Assembly: GCA_038242455.1 (NCBI GenBank)
Contig: JBBSSB010000001.1
Span: 15,069 to 79,068, forward strand
Direction of reading: 5' to 3'
DNA length: 64,000 nt
Source of the DNA: Lysobacterales bacterium
GTDB taxonomy: Bacteria > Pseudomonadota > Gammaproteobacteria > Xanthomonadales > Xanthomonadaceae
Positions within the stretch are counted from its first letter, which is position 1. Every line of letters begins with the position of its first letter. The position numbers and the translations under genes were made by a program. The notes below the pieces were generated by a model. It searched no databases and was not told the DNA's origin. It worked only from the letters and a program-made list of their open reading frames with translations. Below are positions 33,652 to 44,701 of this stretch, piece after piece.

Positions 33652-34723
33652 ACTGGCGCGTTGGCTTGAACAACTGGACAGCCTGTTTGGGCTGTTCAAC
33701 TACCTGACATTCCGCGGAATTCTGGCCGCGCTCACCTCGCTCGGATTGTCACTGTGGTGGGGGCCTGCCGCCATCCGCAAGCTGGCGCAGTACAAGGGTG
33801 GCCAGCCGATCCGCAGCGATGGTCCAGAGAGCCACTTTTCCAAGGCGGGTACGCCGACCATGGGCGGCGGGCTGATCATCATGACGGTGCTGGCATCCGT
33901 GTTGCTGTGGGGCGACCTGCGTAACAAATACGTCTGGGTGGTGCTGGCAGTGATGATCGCGTTCGGTGCGATCGGTTGGTACGACGACTGGCTCAAGATC
34001 GTTCATCGCGATCCCAACGGCCTCAAGTCGCGCTGGAAGTACCTGCTGCAGTCAGTGTTCGGGCTCGCCGCAGGCATCTACCTCTATATGACGGCCGATG
34101 TGCCTGCAGCGACCACGTTCTATATCCCGATGTTCAAGTCGCTCGCGTTCCCGATGGGCGCCGGACTGGTCGTCGTCGCGTACTTCTGGATCGTCGGCTT
34201 CTCCAACGCCGTCAACCTGACCGATGGCCTGGACGGGTTGGCGATCATGCCCACCGTGCTGGTTGCCTGCGCGCTGGGTGTGTTCGCTTACGTCTCCGGC
34301 AACTCGGTGTTCTCCGAGTACCTGCAGATCCCGCCGGTCCCGGGGGCAGGCGAGCTGGTGATCATCTGTGCCGCGATCGCTGGCGCCGGGCTCGGCTTCC
34401 TATGGTTCAACACCTATCCGGCAATGGTGTTCATGGGCGACATCGGCGCTTTGGCGCTGGGCGCAGTACTGGGCACGATTGCCGTGATCGTCCGCCAAGA
34501 GCTGGTACTGGTGATCATGGGCGGCGTGTTCGTGATCGAAACGCTGTCGGTGATGATCCAGGTCGCCTCGTTCAAGCTCACCGGCAAGCGCGTATTCCGG
34601 ATGGCGCCGATCCATCACCACTTTGAGCTCAAGGGCTGGCCGGAGCCACGCGTCATCGTGCGCTTCTGGATCATTTCCGTTGTGCTGGTGCTGGTCGGTT
34701 TGGCGACCTTGAAGGTGCGTTGA
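33641..34723 (+). CDS. mraY: Phospho-MurNAc-pentapeptide transferase MraY
   Basis: [35 protein letters not shown]. Confidence 0.98.
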   Translation: MLLELARWLEQLDSLFGLFNYLTFRGILAALTSLGLSLWWGPAAIRKLAQYKGGQPIRSDGPESHFSKAGTPTMGGGLIIMTVLASVLLWGDLRNKYVWVVLAVMIAFGAIGWYDDWLKIVHRDPNGLKSRWKYLLQSVFGLAAGIYLYMTADVPAATTFYIPMFKSLAFPMGAGLVVVAYFWIVGFSNAVNLTDGLDGLAIMPTVLVACALGVFAYVSGNSVFSEYLQIPPVPGAGELVIICAAIAGAGLGFLWFNTYPAMVFMGDIGALALGAVLGTIAVIVRQELVLVIMGGVFVIETLSVMIQVASFKLTGKRVFRMAPIHHHFELKGWPEPRVIVRFWIISVVLVLVGLATLKVR

Positions 34724-36063
34724 TGAGCGATTACGCGCGCCAGGCAACACGCATCGACGACATCCAGGGTCGCCTGGACCCGTGGCTGCTTGCCGTCGTG
34801 CTGGCGTTGGCGTCGCTGGGTGTTGTGATGGTCGGATCCAGTTCGGTCTCCCAGCATCCTGACCCGTTCCACTACCTCACCCGACATCTGATGTTCCTGT
34901 TTGGCGGACTGGTCTTGGGCACGTTTGCGACCCGAATCGAGTTGAAGACGGTGGAGCGTTACAACCAATTGATGTTGTTGGCCTGCGTCGTCCTGCTGCT
35001 GATGGTGTTCGTCCCCGGTCTAGGGGTGAGCGTTAAAGGTGCGCACCGCTGGATCAATCTGGGGGTGTCCAATTTCCAGGTGGTCGAAGCCGTCAAGGTG
35101 CTCTTTATCATCTGGCTCGCGAGCTATCTGGTGCGGTTTCGTGACGAGGTCAACGCGACCTGGCGCGCGATGCTGAAGCCGATAGGCGTGGTGGGATTAC
35201 TGGTGGTCCTGTTGCTTCTGCAGCCTGACTTCGGCTCATCCTCGCTGCTGCTGGCGATCACGGCTGGTCTGCTGATCCTTGGCGGCGTCAACATGCCCCG
35301 GATGTTCTTGCCGGTCCTGGTCGGCCTGCCCGTTCTCGCATTTGTCGCGGTGCTTGAGCCGTACCGGATGCGCCGCTTGACCTCCTTCATGGATCCTTGG
35401 GCCGACCCGTTCAACTCCGGCTACCAGTTGACCAATGCCCTGATGGCAGCCGGTCGCGGCGAGTGGCTCGGCGTCGGTCTGGGTAGCTCGATCCAGAAGC
35501 TGTCCTACCTGCCCGAAGCCCACACCGACTTCATCCTTGCAGTCATTGCGGAAGAACTCGGGTTCCTCGGTGTGTGCGCTGTGATTGGCCTGTACGGACT
35601 GCTGGTCGGTCGTGCTCTCTGGATTGGCCTGCAGTGCGTCGAAATGCGCCGTCACTTCTCCGCGTACCTGGCGTTCGGTATTGCGCTCTGGATTGGTTTG
35701 CAGAGCTTCGTATCGATCGGTGTAAATCTTGGCTTGCTGCCGACCAAGGGCCTGACCCTGCCGCTGATCTCCTCGGGTGGCTCAAGCGTATTGATGACCT
35801 GCGCCGCGATGGGCTTGCTGCTGCGTGTGTCCTACGAGCTGGAGCGTGCGCAACGGCAAATGGCGCGCCTGCGCGGTGAGGCGCCTGTGGACGCAACCAG
35901 CCCGGCTTTAGTAACTTCAGCGCGCTCGCCCGTGGCGTCCGCTTCGAAGCCTGACATGGCTCCCGCAGTTGTAGCTGCACCGACTCGCGCACGCGGTACG
36001 ACAGGTCGTGGCACCAGCCGCCTGCAGCCGCGCATCGAGCCGACATTCGGGGGAGTGGCATGA
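34723..36063 (+). CDS. ftsW: SEDS peptidoglycan glycosyltransferase FtsW
   Basis: [41 protein letters not shown]. Confidence 0.96.
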   Translation: MSDYARQATRIDDIQGRLDPWLLAVVLALASLGVVMVGSSSVSQHPDPFHYLTRHLMFLFGGLVLGTFATRIELKTVERYNQLMLLACVVLLLMVFVPGLGVSVKGAHRWINLGVSNFQVVEAVKVLFIIWLASYLVRFRDEVNATWRAMLKPIGVVGLLVVLLLLQPDFGSSSLLLAITAGLLILGGVNMPRMFLPVLVGLPVLAFVAVLEPYRMRRLTSFMDPWADPFNSGYQLTNALMAAGRGEWLGVGLGSSIQKLSYLPEAHTDFILAVIAEELGFLGVCAVIGLYGLLVGRALWIGLQCVEMRRHFSAYLAFGIALWIGLQSFVSIGVNLGLLPTKGLTLPLISSGGSSVLMTCAAMGLLLRVSYELERAQRQMARLRGEAPVDATSPALVTSARSPVASASKPDMAPAVVAAPTRARGTTGRGTSRLQPRIEPTFGGVA

Positions 36064-37196
36064 GCACTGCCAATGACGCCCGCCCGGTAATGATTCTTGC
36101 CGGTGGCACCGGTGGACATATCTTCCCCGGCCTTGCCGTGGCGAAAGAGCTGCTGTCCCGCGGCGTGCCGGTGACTTGGCTCGGCGCGGACGGTGGCATG
36201 GAAACCCGTCTGGTACCCCCGCACGGGGTTCCGATCGACACGATTGCAGTCCGCGGCGTGCGCGGGAAGGGTCTAGCGACGCTCCTTGCTGCGCCTCTCA
36301 AAGTCATCTCGGCGGTGCGTCGTGCGGCAGCGGTTCTGCGCCAGCGCCAGCCACGTGCCGTGATCAGCTTTGGCGGCTATGCAGCGGGTCCGGGTGGCTT
36401 GGCTGCCCGGATCGCCGGCGTGCCGCTGTTCGTGCACGAGCAAAACCGTGCTGCCGGCATGACCAATCGAGTGCTGTCGCGTCTCGCACAGCGCGTGCTG
36501 ACTGGCTTCCCGGACACCTTCGCCAAAGAGGAAGTGGTCGGCAACCCGGTGCGGGAGGAAATCCTGAATGTGGCCGGTCCGGAGCAGCGTCTGGCGGGGC
36601 GTAGTGGCCCGCTGCGGCTTCTGGTGCTGGGAGGCAGCCAAGGTGCCCGCGCATTGAATAACGCGGTACCCGGGGCGTTGGCGATCTTGGGCCCCAGCGT
36701 CGGCGCTATTGATGTGCGTCATCAATGCGGCCAGGCGCAGGTTGAGGAGGCCGAGCGCCTCTACGCCGAAGCAGGGGTGTCCGCCAGCATCGAGCCCTTC
36801 ATCGCCGATATGGCCGCTGCCTACGGTTGGGCTGACGTCGTCGTATGCCGCGCCGGTGCATTGACCTTGGCCGAGCTGTGCGCGGTTGGAGTGGGCAGCG
36901 TGCTGGTGCCGTTTCCGCAGGCCGTCGATGACCATCAGACCCGCAATGCCCGCTATCTGGTCGACCGTGGCGCGGCTTTGCTGCTGCCGCAGGGGCCGGA
37001 TGCCGAGCTCGCAACGCGCATGGCTGCCGTGCTGGATGGCATCCACGGGCGCGATGTTCTGCTGCGCATGGCCACCGCCGCGCGCGCACTGGCGCTGCCG
37101 GATGCCGCCATCCGAGTGGTCGACATCGTGCTCGCCGGTGCCGCTGGCCGCGACGCATCTTCTTCCCCACATTCTTCCCAGGAGCCCGCCGCATGA
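36060..37196 (+). CDS. murG: Lipid II GlcNAc transferase MurG
   Basis: [38 protein letters not shown]. Confidence 0.97.
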   Translation: MSTANDARPVMILAGGTGGHIFPGLAVAKELLSRGVPVTWLGADGGMETRLVPPHGVPIDTIAVRGVRGKGLATLLAAPLKVISAVRRAAAVLRQRQPRAVISFGGYAAGPGGLAARIAGVPLFVHEQNRAAGMTNRVLSRLAQRVLTGFPDTFAKEEVVGNPVREEILNVAGPEQRLAGRSGPLRLLVLGGSQGARALNNAVPGALAILGPSVGAIDVRHQCGQAQVEEAERLYAEAGVSASIEPFIADMAAAYGWADVVVCRAGALTLAELCAVGVGSVLVPFPQAVDDHQTRNARYLVDRGAALLLPQGPDAELATRMAAVLDGIHGRDVLLRMATAARALALPDAAIRVVDIVLAGAAGRDASSSPHSSQEPAA

Positions 37197-38647
37197 GCAG
37201 TACCGTGCGCCGCCGTCTGCAACACGATGGTGATCTGGCAAAAGCATTCCCACGCGTGCATTTTATCGGCATCGGTGGCACCGGCATGAGCGGTATCGCC
37301 GAAGTGATGTGCACGCTGGGCTATCAGGTGTCCGGTTCCGATCGTGCGGATAACGCCGTGACCCGGCGACTGGCGCGGCTCGGCATCACAGTGCACCACG
37401 ATCACACCGCATCCAACGTGCTCGGTACCGATTGCGTGGTGGTTTCCAGCGCGATCAAGGCCGATAACCCGGAGGTTATGGAGGCACGCGCGCAGCGGAT
37501 TCCGGTAGTGCCGCGCGCCGAAATGTTGGCCGAGCTGATGCGATTCAAGCGCGGTATCGCGGTTGCGGGTACCCATGGCAAGACCACGACGACCTCGTTG
37601 ACCGCCAGCGTGCTGGCCGAGGGCGGGATCGATCCAACCTTCGTCATCGGCGGTCAACTGCTTGCCGCCGGTGCGAACGCGAAGCTGGGCGGGGGCGACT
37701 GGCTCGTCGCCGAGGCCGACGAAAGCGACGGCAGTTTCCTGCGCCTGAGCCCGCAGATCGCGGTGGTCACCAATATCGACGCCGACCATCTCGAGAACTA
37801 CGGCGGCGACTTCGCCAACGTGCAGGCTGCGTTTGTTGAATTCATGCTGCGGTTGCCTTTCTACGGCCTTGCGGTGCTGTGCATCGACGATCCGGAAGTT
37901 GCTGCGCTCGCCGAGCGCACACCGCGCCACGTGATGACCTATGGCCTCTCAGACGAGGCTGACGTGCGTGCCGAGGACGTGAGCCAGCAGGGTGCTCAGA
38001 TGCATTTCACCCTGTGCCTGCCGGATGGCGCGCGCTGCCCGATCACGTTGGCGCTCCCCGGCAAACACAACGTACTCAATGCCCTGGCCGCTGCAGCGGT
38101 GGGTTGGCAGCTGGGCGTGGAGCCCGCTGCCATTGCGCGTGCGCTGGAGCGTTTCGCCGGTATCGGACGCCGCTTCAATGTGATCGCCGAGGCGACGCTG
38201 CCCAAGGGCGGTACGGTCACCGTGGTCGACGACTACGGACACCATCCCAAGGAGCTGGCGGCGGTGTTCGATGCGGCCCGTGGTGGCTGGCCGGATCACC
38301 GTCTGGTGGTGGCGTTTCAGCCCCATCGATTCAGCCGTACCCGCGATCTGTTCGATGATTTTGCCGCGGTGCTGTCGGACGTCGATGCACTGATTCTGAC
38401 CGAGGTCTACGCCGCCGGAGAGGCGCCGATTGCCGGTGCCGACGAGCGAGCATTGGCTCGCGCGATCCGTGCCCGTGGTCGCATTGATCCGGTGGTTATC
38501 GGGCCGGTGAGCGAACTCCCGGGCGTTCTCGCCGATGTGCTCGAAGACGGCGACCTCTTGCTGCTGATGGGTGCAGGCGACATCGGTCACGCCGCGCAAC
38601 TGATCGTTGCCGATGGCATTCCCGCTACCCCGGAAGGTGAATCGTGA
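37193..38647 (+). CDS. murC: UDP-MurNAc--L-alanine ligase MurC
   Basis: [39 protein letters not shown]. Confidence 0.97.
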   Translation: MSSTVRRRLQHDGDLAKAFPRVHFIGIGGTGMSGIAEVMCTLGYQVSGSDRADNAVTRRLARLGITVHHDHTASNVLGTDCVVVSSAIKADNPEVMEARAQRIPVVPRAEMLAELMRFKRGIAVAGTHGKTTTTSLTASVLAEGGIDPTFVIGGQLLAAGANAKLGGGDWLVAEADESDGSFLRLSPQIAVVTNIDADHLENYGGDFANVQAAFVEFMLRLPFYGLAVLCIDDPEVAALAERTPRHVMTYGLSDEADVRAEDVSQQGAQMHFTLCLPDGARCPITLALPGKHNVLNALAAAAVGWQLGVEPAAIARALERFAGIGRRFNVIAEATLPKGGTVTVVDDYGHHPKELAAVFDAARGGWPDHRLVVAFQPHRFSRTRDLFDDFAAVLSDVDALILTEVYAAGEAPIAGADERALARAIRARGRIDPVVIGPVSELPGVLADVLEDGDLLLLMGAGDIGHAAQLIVADGIPATPEGES

Positions 38648-39633
38648 ACACCCGCCTCGACGATAAATTCGCACCGCAACGCATGACCGACCCCGCAGGT
38701 TTCGGCCGCGTTGCTGTCCTTATGGGCGGCACCAGCTCCGAGCGCGACGTCTCACTGAATTCCGGCAGCAACGTGCTGACGGCGCTGCTCGCGCGCGGCG
38801 TGGATGCCTTCGCAGTCGATGGCATCCCGTTGCTGGTCGACCTGATCCGCAACGGCGGAGTGGATCGCGTGTTCAATATCCTCCACGGCAACAAGGGTGG
38901 CGGCGAAGACGGCGTCCTGCAGGGGCTGCTGGAGGCACTGGGCGTGCCCTATACCGGCTCCGGCGTGCTTGGATCGGCGCTGTCGATGGACAAGATCCGC
39001 ACCAAGCAGGTCTGGCTCAGCTGCGGCCTGCCGACCCCACGCTTCGTCCGCCTGAACGCCGGTGATGATATGTACGCCGCCGCGCGGTCACTTGGACTCC
39101 CGGTGTTCGTCAAACCGTCCTGCGAGGGATCGAGCGTGGGCGCGTTCCGGATCCTGCACGAGGATGATCTCGTTGCGGCGGAAGCATTCGCCTCTGGCTA
39201 TGACGGTGAGCTGCTGATGGAGCAGATGGTCGTCGGCGACGAGTTGACGGTCGCCGTCCTGGACGACGGCACCGGGCATCGTGCACTGCCATCGATCCGG
39301 ATCGTTCCAAAGGGCGAGTGGTACGACTACAACGCCAAATACGTTGCCGATGACACCGGCTACCTGTGCCCAGGTGTGGAAGGCGATGACGAGGCGGAGA
39401 TCCAGCGGATCGCTCTGGCCGCCTTCGAGGCGGTTGAGTGTCGCGGATGGGGCCGGGTGGATGTCATGCGCGACCGGGACACTGGCGCGTTCCTTCTGCT
39501 GGAAGTGAACACGGCCCCGGGTATGACCAGTCACTCGCTGGTACCCAAGGCCGCGGGCCACGTCGGAATCGGCTTCGAAGAGCTGTGCTGGCGCGTGTTG
39601 GAAGCAAGCCTTGCGGAGGTTGCGGACCAGTGA
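38644..39633 (+). CDS. ddl: D-alanine--D-alanine ligase
   Basis: [39 protein letters not shown]. Confidence 0.96.
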   Translation: MNTRLDDKFAPQRMTDPAGFGRVAVLMGGTSSERDVSLNSGSNVLTALLARGVDAFAVDGIPLLVDLIRNGGVDRVFNILHGNKGGGEDGVLQGLLEALGVPYTGSGVLGSALSMDKIRTKQVWLSCGLPTPRFVRLNAGDDMYAAARSLGLPVFVKPSCEGSSVGAFRILHEDDLVAAEAFASGYDGELLMEQMVVGDELTVAVLDDGTGHRALPSIRIVPKGEWYDYNAKYVADDTGYLCPGVEGDDEAEIQRIALAAFEAVECRGWGRVDVMRDRDTGAFLLLEVNTAPGMTSHSLVPKAAGHVGIGFEELCWRVLEASLAEVADQ

Positions 39634-40352
39634 ATGCCCTTCTGCGCCTGCTGGGTTGGCTGCTTGCAGTGGCGCTGGTCGCCCTGCCGGTAGTCGGCCT
39701 GCTCAACGGTTGGGTTGGCGCGAGCCACTGGCCGCTGAGCAAGCTGCGCGCAACCGCGCAGTTCCAGCGCGTGGACGAAAACCTGTTGCGCCAGACACTG
39801 TTGCCGTTCGCGCAGCAGGGGTACTTCGCGGTCGATCTGGATGGTGCGCGTGCTGCGGTCGCCGGCTTGCCCTGGGTGGAGCATGCCGAGGTGCGCAAGC
39901 GTTGGCCGGACGTGCTCGAAGTGCATCTTGTGGAGCACATTCCGTTCGCGCGCTGGGATGAGGATCAGCTGTTGTCGGAGCAGGGTCGGCTGTTCCCCGC
40001 TGCAGGCGTCGAGATCCCCGCCGATCTGCCTTTGCTGGGCGGTCCGGAGTCGAGGATTGGCGATGTTGTCGAGCTTTACAACCAGTCCCGGCAGATGTTC
40101 GCGCCGCTGGGACTGCAGGTACGAGAGGCCCGATTGGATCCGCGCGGCAGCTGGACGCTGCGCTTGGACAACGGCGCCGAAGTCATCGTCGGCCGGCACG
40201 AGGCGCGTGGTCGGCTGACCCGCTTCGTTCGGCTGTTGCCGCAGCTGCTGACGCAGCAGGCCCAGGTGCTGGCGCGCGCCGATCTTCGCTACACAAACGG
40301 TTTTGCACTGGTGTGGACCGAAAGCAAGGAAAACCATGAATCGCAAGGGTGA
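39630..40352 (+). CDS. ftsQ: Cell division protein FtsQ
   Basis: GTG start overlapping ddl stop; TM, LPWV...[17 protein letters not shown]. Confidence 0.93.
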   Translation: MNALLRLLGWLLAVALVALPVVGLLNGWVGASHWPLSKLRATAQFQRVDENLLRQTLLPFAQQGYFAVDLDGARAAVAGLPWVEHAEVRKRWPDVLEVHLVEHIPFARWDEDQLLSEQGRLFPAAGVEIPADLPLLGGPESRIGDVVELYNQSRQMFAPLGLQVREARLDPRGSWTLRLDNGAEVIVGRHEARGRLTRFVRLLPQLLTQQAQVLARADLRYTNGFALVWTESKENHESQG

Positions 40353-41586
40353 CAAACATCTGATCGTCGGTCTCGACATCGGCACCTCCAAGGTGGTGGC
40401 GCTGGTGGGCGAGTACAGCCCCGGTCACACCGGTCCGGACAATCCGATCGAGGTGATCGGCATCGGCTCGCACGAATCGCGCGGCCTTCGCCGGGGTGTG
40501 GTCGTGGATATCGAGTCCACGGTCCAGTCGATTCAGCGCGCAATCGAAGAGGCCGAGTTGATGGCCGGCTGCGAGATCCGCTCGGTCTATGCCTCCATCT
40601 CAGGAAGCCATGTGCAATGCCGCAACTCTCAGGGCATCGCGCCAATCCGCGACGGTGAGGTCAGTCTGGCCGACCTGGACCGCGTGCTGGACGCGGCCAA
40701 AGCGGTGGCAATCCCGGCGGACCAGAAGATCCTGCATGCGATCCCGCGGGACTACGTACTCGACCACTCCCAGGAAGGCATCCGCAACCCGATCGGCATG
40801 ACCGGCGTTCGGCTGGAAGTGCACGCCCACCTGGTGGTCTGCGCGCAGTCCGCCGCGGCCAACGTCAGCAAGTGCGTGCAGCGCTGCGCTCTCCAGGTCG
40901 ACAGCCTGGTGCTGGGCGTGTTGGCCTCGGCCACCGCTGTGCTGACCAGCGACGAGCGCGAGCTCGGCGTGGTGCTGGTCGACATCGGCGCGGGCACCAC
41001 GGACATCGCCGTATTCGTGCAGGGTGCGATCGCACATTCGGCCAGCCTCGGCATCGCCGGCGACAAGGTCACCGAAGACATTGCCCACATGCTGCGCACC
41101 CCGACGCCGGAGGCCGAGCAGATCAAGGTCCGCTACGCCTGCGCGCTGGCGCAGATGGCCACTGCCGAGGAGTCCATACAGGTGCCATCGGTCGGCGACC
41201 GCGCACCGCGTCGGATGCCGCGCGCATCGCTCGCCCAAGCGGTTCAAGCCCGCTACGAGGAAATTTTCGAGATGGTTCAGGCCGAGCTGCGCCGCAGCGG
41301 CTTCGAGCAACACGTGCGTGCCGGGATGGTGCTCACCGGTGGTGCTTCGAAGATGGAAGGCGTGGTGGAGCTGGCCGAAGAAATGCTGCAGATGCCGGTC
41401 CGAGTGGGGATACCCCAGCACGTCACTGGCCTGGGCGAAGTCGTCGGCAATCCCGTCCACGCCACCGGTGTGGGCCTGCTGCTGATGGGCAGTCAATTTG
41501 AGACTCCGCGACGCCCGGTGATCAACACCGGACGGGCGGGATCGATCTTCAACAAGCTCAAAAGTTGGTACCGCGACCACTTCTGA
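40336..41586 (+). CDS. ftsA: Cell division protein FtsA
   Basis: GLDIGTSKV, VDIGAGTTD, AEQIK, VLTGGAS, C-terminal amphipathic helix. Confidence 0.97.
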   Translation: MNRKGDKHLIVGLDIGTSKVVALVGEYSPGHTGPDNPIEVIGIGSHESRGLRRGVVVDIESTVQSIQRAIEEAELMAGCEIRSVYASISGSHVQCRNSQGIAPIRDGEVSLADLDRVLDAAKAVAIPADQKILHAIPRDYVLDHSQEGIRNPIGMTGVRLEVHAHLVVCAQSAAANVSKCVQRCALQVDSLVLGVLASATAVLTSDERELGVVLVDIGAGTTDIAVFVQGAIAHSASLGIAGDKVTEDIAHMLRTPTPEAEQIKVRYACALAQMATAEESIQVPSVGDRAPRRMPRASLAQAVQARYEEIFEMVQAELRRSGFEQHVRAGMVLTGGASKMEGVVELAEEMLQMPVRVGIPQHVTGLGEVVGNPVHATGVGLLLMGSQFETPRRPVINTGRAGSIFNKLKSWYRDHF

Positions 41587-41605
41587 GCAACAAAAAAACG
41601 CGGCG

Positions 41606-41650
41606 AGCAAGACCACGACAAGCAAGACCACGACAAGCAAGACCACAGCA
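41606..41650 (+). repeat. 15-bp tandem repeat x3 in ftsA-ftsZ spacer
   Basis: AGCAAGACCACGACA AGCAAGACCACGACA AGCAAGACCACAGCA. Confidence 0.9.
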
Positions 41651-41682
41651 ACACATAAAACCAGACTAACGAGGACACGGAC

Positions 41683-42912
41683 ATGGCACATTTTGAACTG
41701 GTGGAGAACATGGCTCCCAACGCGATCATCAAGGTGATCGGCGTCGGTGGCGGCGGCGGTAATGCCGTCGCTCACATGGTCAGCAACAACGTTGACGGGG
41801 TGGAGTTCATCACCGCCAACACTGATTCACAGGCAATCAAGAACTGCGGCGCCAAGTTGCAGCTGCAGCTCGGCAACAACGTCACCAAGGGCCTGGGTGC
41901 AGGCGCCAACCCGGAGGTCGGTCGTCAGGCCGCACTGGAGGACCGCGAGCGTCTGATGGACGCGCTGCAGGGCGCTGACATGGTGTTCATCACCGCTGGC
42001 ATGGGTGGTGGTACCGGTACCGGCGCTGCCCCGGTTGTCGCGCAGCTTGCCAAGGAGATGGGCATCCTGACCGTTGCCGTGGTGACCAAGCCGTTTCCGT
42101 TTGAAGGCCGCCGTCGCATGCAGGTCGCGCTCAAGGGTATTGAGGAGCTGAGCCACCACTGTGACTCGCTGATCACCATCCCCAACGAAAAGCTGATCAC
42201 CGTGCTGGGCCGCAACGCGACCATGGTTCAGGCGTTCCGCGCCGCCAATGACGTGCTGCTGGGTGCAGTGCAGGGCATCGCCGACCTGATCGTGCGTCCC
42301 GGCCTGATCAACGTCGACTTCGCGGACGTGCGCACCGTCATGTCCGAGATGGGTCTGGCAATGATGGGCAGTGGCGCCGCGCGCGGCGACGACCGTGCAC
42401 AGGCTGCGGCCGAGGCAGCGGTACTGAACCCGTTGCTGGACGACGTCAATCTGCAGGGTGCCAACGGCATCCTGGTCAACATCACGGCTGGCCCGGACTT
42501 CACCATGGCCGAGTTCGACGAGGTTGGCCGCACCGTGGAGGCATTTGCCTCCGAGGACGCGACGATCGTCATCGGTACCGTGCTGGATCCGGACATGCAG
42601 GACGAGGTCCGGGTGACCGTGGTCGCTACCGGCCTGAACCGTGTTGCGGCTCGTCAGGGCAAGCCGGGCGAGGGCAATCGTGCGCCGATCCAGCTCGTTC
42701 GCAACGCCACCACCGGTCAGCCGGAATACCCGGTTGAAGATGCGGTTTCCACTTCATCGTCCGCGGTGCCGAGCTTCAGCAACAGCCTGCGCAGTGGTTC
42801 GTCGCACTCCGAATCCACTTCAGGATCCACGTCAGGATCCAACGCTGCGGCAGACTTCGGTCCGGACAGCTATCTCGATATTCCGGCGTTTCTGCGCCGT
42901 CAGGCGGACTGA
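41683..42912 (+). CDS. ftsZ: Cell division protein FtsZ
   Basis: GVGGGGGNA, GMGGGTGTG tubulin signature, DIPAFLRRQAD tail. Confidence 0.99.
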   Translation: MAHFELVENMAPNAIIKVIGVGGGGGNAVAHMVSNNVDGVEFITANTDSQAIKNCGAKLQLQLGNNVTKGLGAGANPEVGRQAALEDRERLMDALQGADMVFITAGMGGGTGTGAAPVVAQLAKEMGILTVAVVTKPFPFEGRRRMQVALKGIEELSHHCDSLITIPNEKLITVLGRNATMVQAFRAANDVLLGAVQGIADLIVRPGLINVDFADVRTVMSEMGLAMMGSGAARGDDRAQAAAEAAVLNPLLDDVNLQGANGILVNITAGPDFTMAEFDEVGRTVEAFASEDATIVIGTVLDPDMQDEVRVTVVATGLNRVAARQGKPGEGNRAPIQLVRNATTGQPEYPVEDAVSTSSSAVPSFSNSLRSGSSHSESTSGSTSGSNAAADFGPDSYLDIPAFLRRQAD

Positions 42913-42983
42913 TCCGCCGGTTGTTGCTGTAACGCCATAGTCCGGTTCGTTTTGGTCCCGTGGTTGTCCGCGCGGGGCATTTG

Positions 42984-43027
42984 GATCGGTCGCTCTCCCT
43001 GTTTCGGGAGGGCGGCCGGTCATTTTC
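42984..43027 (+). terminator. Probable intrinsic terminator after ftsZ
   Basis: GATCGGTCGCTCTCC-loop-GGGAGGGCGGCCGGTC stem (with G-U pairs) followed by ATTTTCT. Confidence 0.55.
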
Positions 43028-43128
43028 TGCACTGTCGGCGCAAACCCGTGTTCAGGCTCGGTTGCCTAGGCCAAAAAGGCCACGTGGTAACTTAAGCCGC
43101 TTTTCCTTTCCCCGTTTCGGCCATTCCC

Positions 43129-44046
43129 ATGCTGCGTCAGCGCACTCTCAAGAACGTTATCCGCGCCACCGGCGTGGGGCTGCACAGTGGCGAAAAGGTC
43201 TTCCTCACCATGCGTCCGGCACCGGTCGACGCAGGTATCATTTTCCGTCGGATTGACCTGGATCCTGTCGTCGAGATTCCAGCGACTGCTGAACTGGTCA
43301 CCGAAACCACGCTGTGCACTGGGCTGAGTCAGGGCGCGGCGAAAGTACAGACGGTTGAACATCTGATGTCCGCCCTTGCCGGGCTGGGCATCGATAACGC
43401 CTATATCGACTTGTCGGCGCCAGAAGTGCCGATCATGGATGGCTCCGCAGGCCCGTTTGTGTTCCTGCTGCAGTCTGCAGGCATTGTTGAACAAGATGCA
43501 GCCAAGCGCTTCATCCGCATCCTTCATCCAGTTGAAGTACACGATGGCGACAAGGTTGCCCGCTTCGAGCCTTACGACGGGTTTCGGGTCGGTTTCACGG
43601 TCGTGTTCAAGCATCCCGCCATTCCCGATTCGCAGTCCCGTGCGCAGGTTGAGTTCTCGACCGTCAACTACATCAAAGAAGTAAGCCGCGCGCGGACCTT
43701 CGGGTTCATGCGCGACCTTGAGTACATGCGCGAGCGCAATCTGGGCCTTGGCGGCTCGATGGACAATGCGATCGTGCTCGACGAGTTCCGCGTCCTCAAC
43801 GAGGATGGCCTGCGCTACGCCGACGAGTTCGTTCGCCACAAGATTCTGGACGCCATTGGCGACCTGTATCTGGCGGGTCACGCTGTCATCGGCGCGTACG
43901 AGGGGTTCAAGTCCGGCCACGCTCTCAACAACAAGTTGGTGCGTGCATTGCTCGCCGACGAGTCCGCGTGGGAGATCGTCAGCTATACCGACGAAGAAGA
44001 CCCCGCCGCCATCTCTACTGCCTTCGGAACGCTTGCGATCGCTTGA
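43129..44046 (+). CDS. lpxC: UDP-3-O-acyl-GlcNAc deacetylase LpxC
   Basis: [47 protein letters not shown]. Confidence 0.98.
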   Translation: MLRQRTLKNVIRATGVGLHSGEKVFLTMRPAPVDAGIIFRRIDLDPVVEIPATAELVTETTLCTGLSQGAAKVQTVEHLMSALAGLGIDNAYIDLSAPEVPIMDGSAGPFVFLLQSAGIVEQDAAKRFIRILHPVEVHDGDKVARFEPYDGFRVGFTVVFKHPAIPDSQSRAQVEFSTVNYIKEVSRARTFGFMRDLEYMRERNLGLGGSMDNAIVLDEFRVLNEDGLRYADEFVRHKILDAIGDLYLAGHAVIGAYEGFKSGHALNNKLVRALLADESAWEIVSYTDEEDPAAISTAFGTLAIA

Positions 44047-44235
44047 GCGGTTATTCGCGTTGGTCGGTTCAGTGACCGTGCGTGCATCACGAATGTGACT
44101 GCTGCCTGTCCAATTAACGATATATATACATAATGACCCCGGACTTTTAACAAATCCGGGGTTTCTGCGCTTTAGGATGCTCCGTCGATGTTCACTTGGT
44201 CCTCACGGTTTTCATAAAGCCGGCAGACTGGGAGT

Positions 44236-44694
44236 TCATCCGGCGTCATCCGCCCCATCGGGGGCGGCAGGGTGAAGGGACGCCAGCGCTGCTTCGAATG
44301 CTTTTTTCGCGGCTGCGGACATGGTCACGGTTTTCGCGGGCGCCGGAGGAGTCGGTGCACGCGATGGGATGCTCGTCTTGATGGTGAGCTCCGCCGCGTC
44401 CAGACCCAGGGATAGGGCATGTACCAGAATTTCCGGTGCGAGCAGGCGCAACTTGGCCCGCCACACCGGGGAATCCACCAGATAGACGAGCCTGCCAGTT
44501 TCATAATTCGCCAGACGCGCATGCGCGGACAGCGGAAAAGGCAGGAACGGCCGTAACCGGCGATCCATCTCGTCGAGCCATAGGGCCCGACGGATCGTGT
44601 TCCCTGCCGGCACCGCGAGCAGCGCATCGAGCGCAGCCGTAGGAGTCGACGGAGCGCGTTTGGATTTGGCCGGCTTGGATTGGAATTCAGACAT
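44236..44694 (-). CDS. DUF721/DciA family protein
   Basis: Antisense position between lpxC and M23-secA; ARLANY..GRLVYLVDSPVWRAKLR. Confidence 0.78.
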   Translation of the reverse strand: MSEFQSKPAKSKRAPSTPTAALDALLAVPAGNTIRRALWLDEMDRRLRPFLPFPLSAHARLANYETGRLVYLVDSPVWRAKLRLLAPEILVHALSLGLDAAELTIKTSIPSRAPTPPAPAKTVTMSAAAKKAFEAALASLHPAAPDGADDAG

Positions 44695-44701
44695 CGGACC
44701 T

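Noticed and set aside
41606-41650. Possible mini-CRISPR
   Set aside because: Units are directly adjacent 15-mers with no spacers, and no cas genes are in the window
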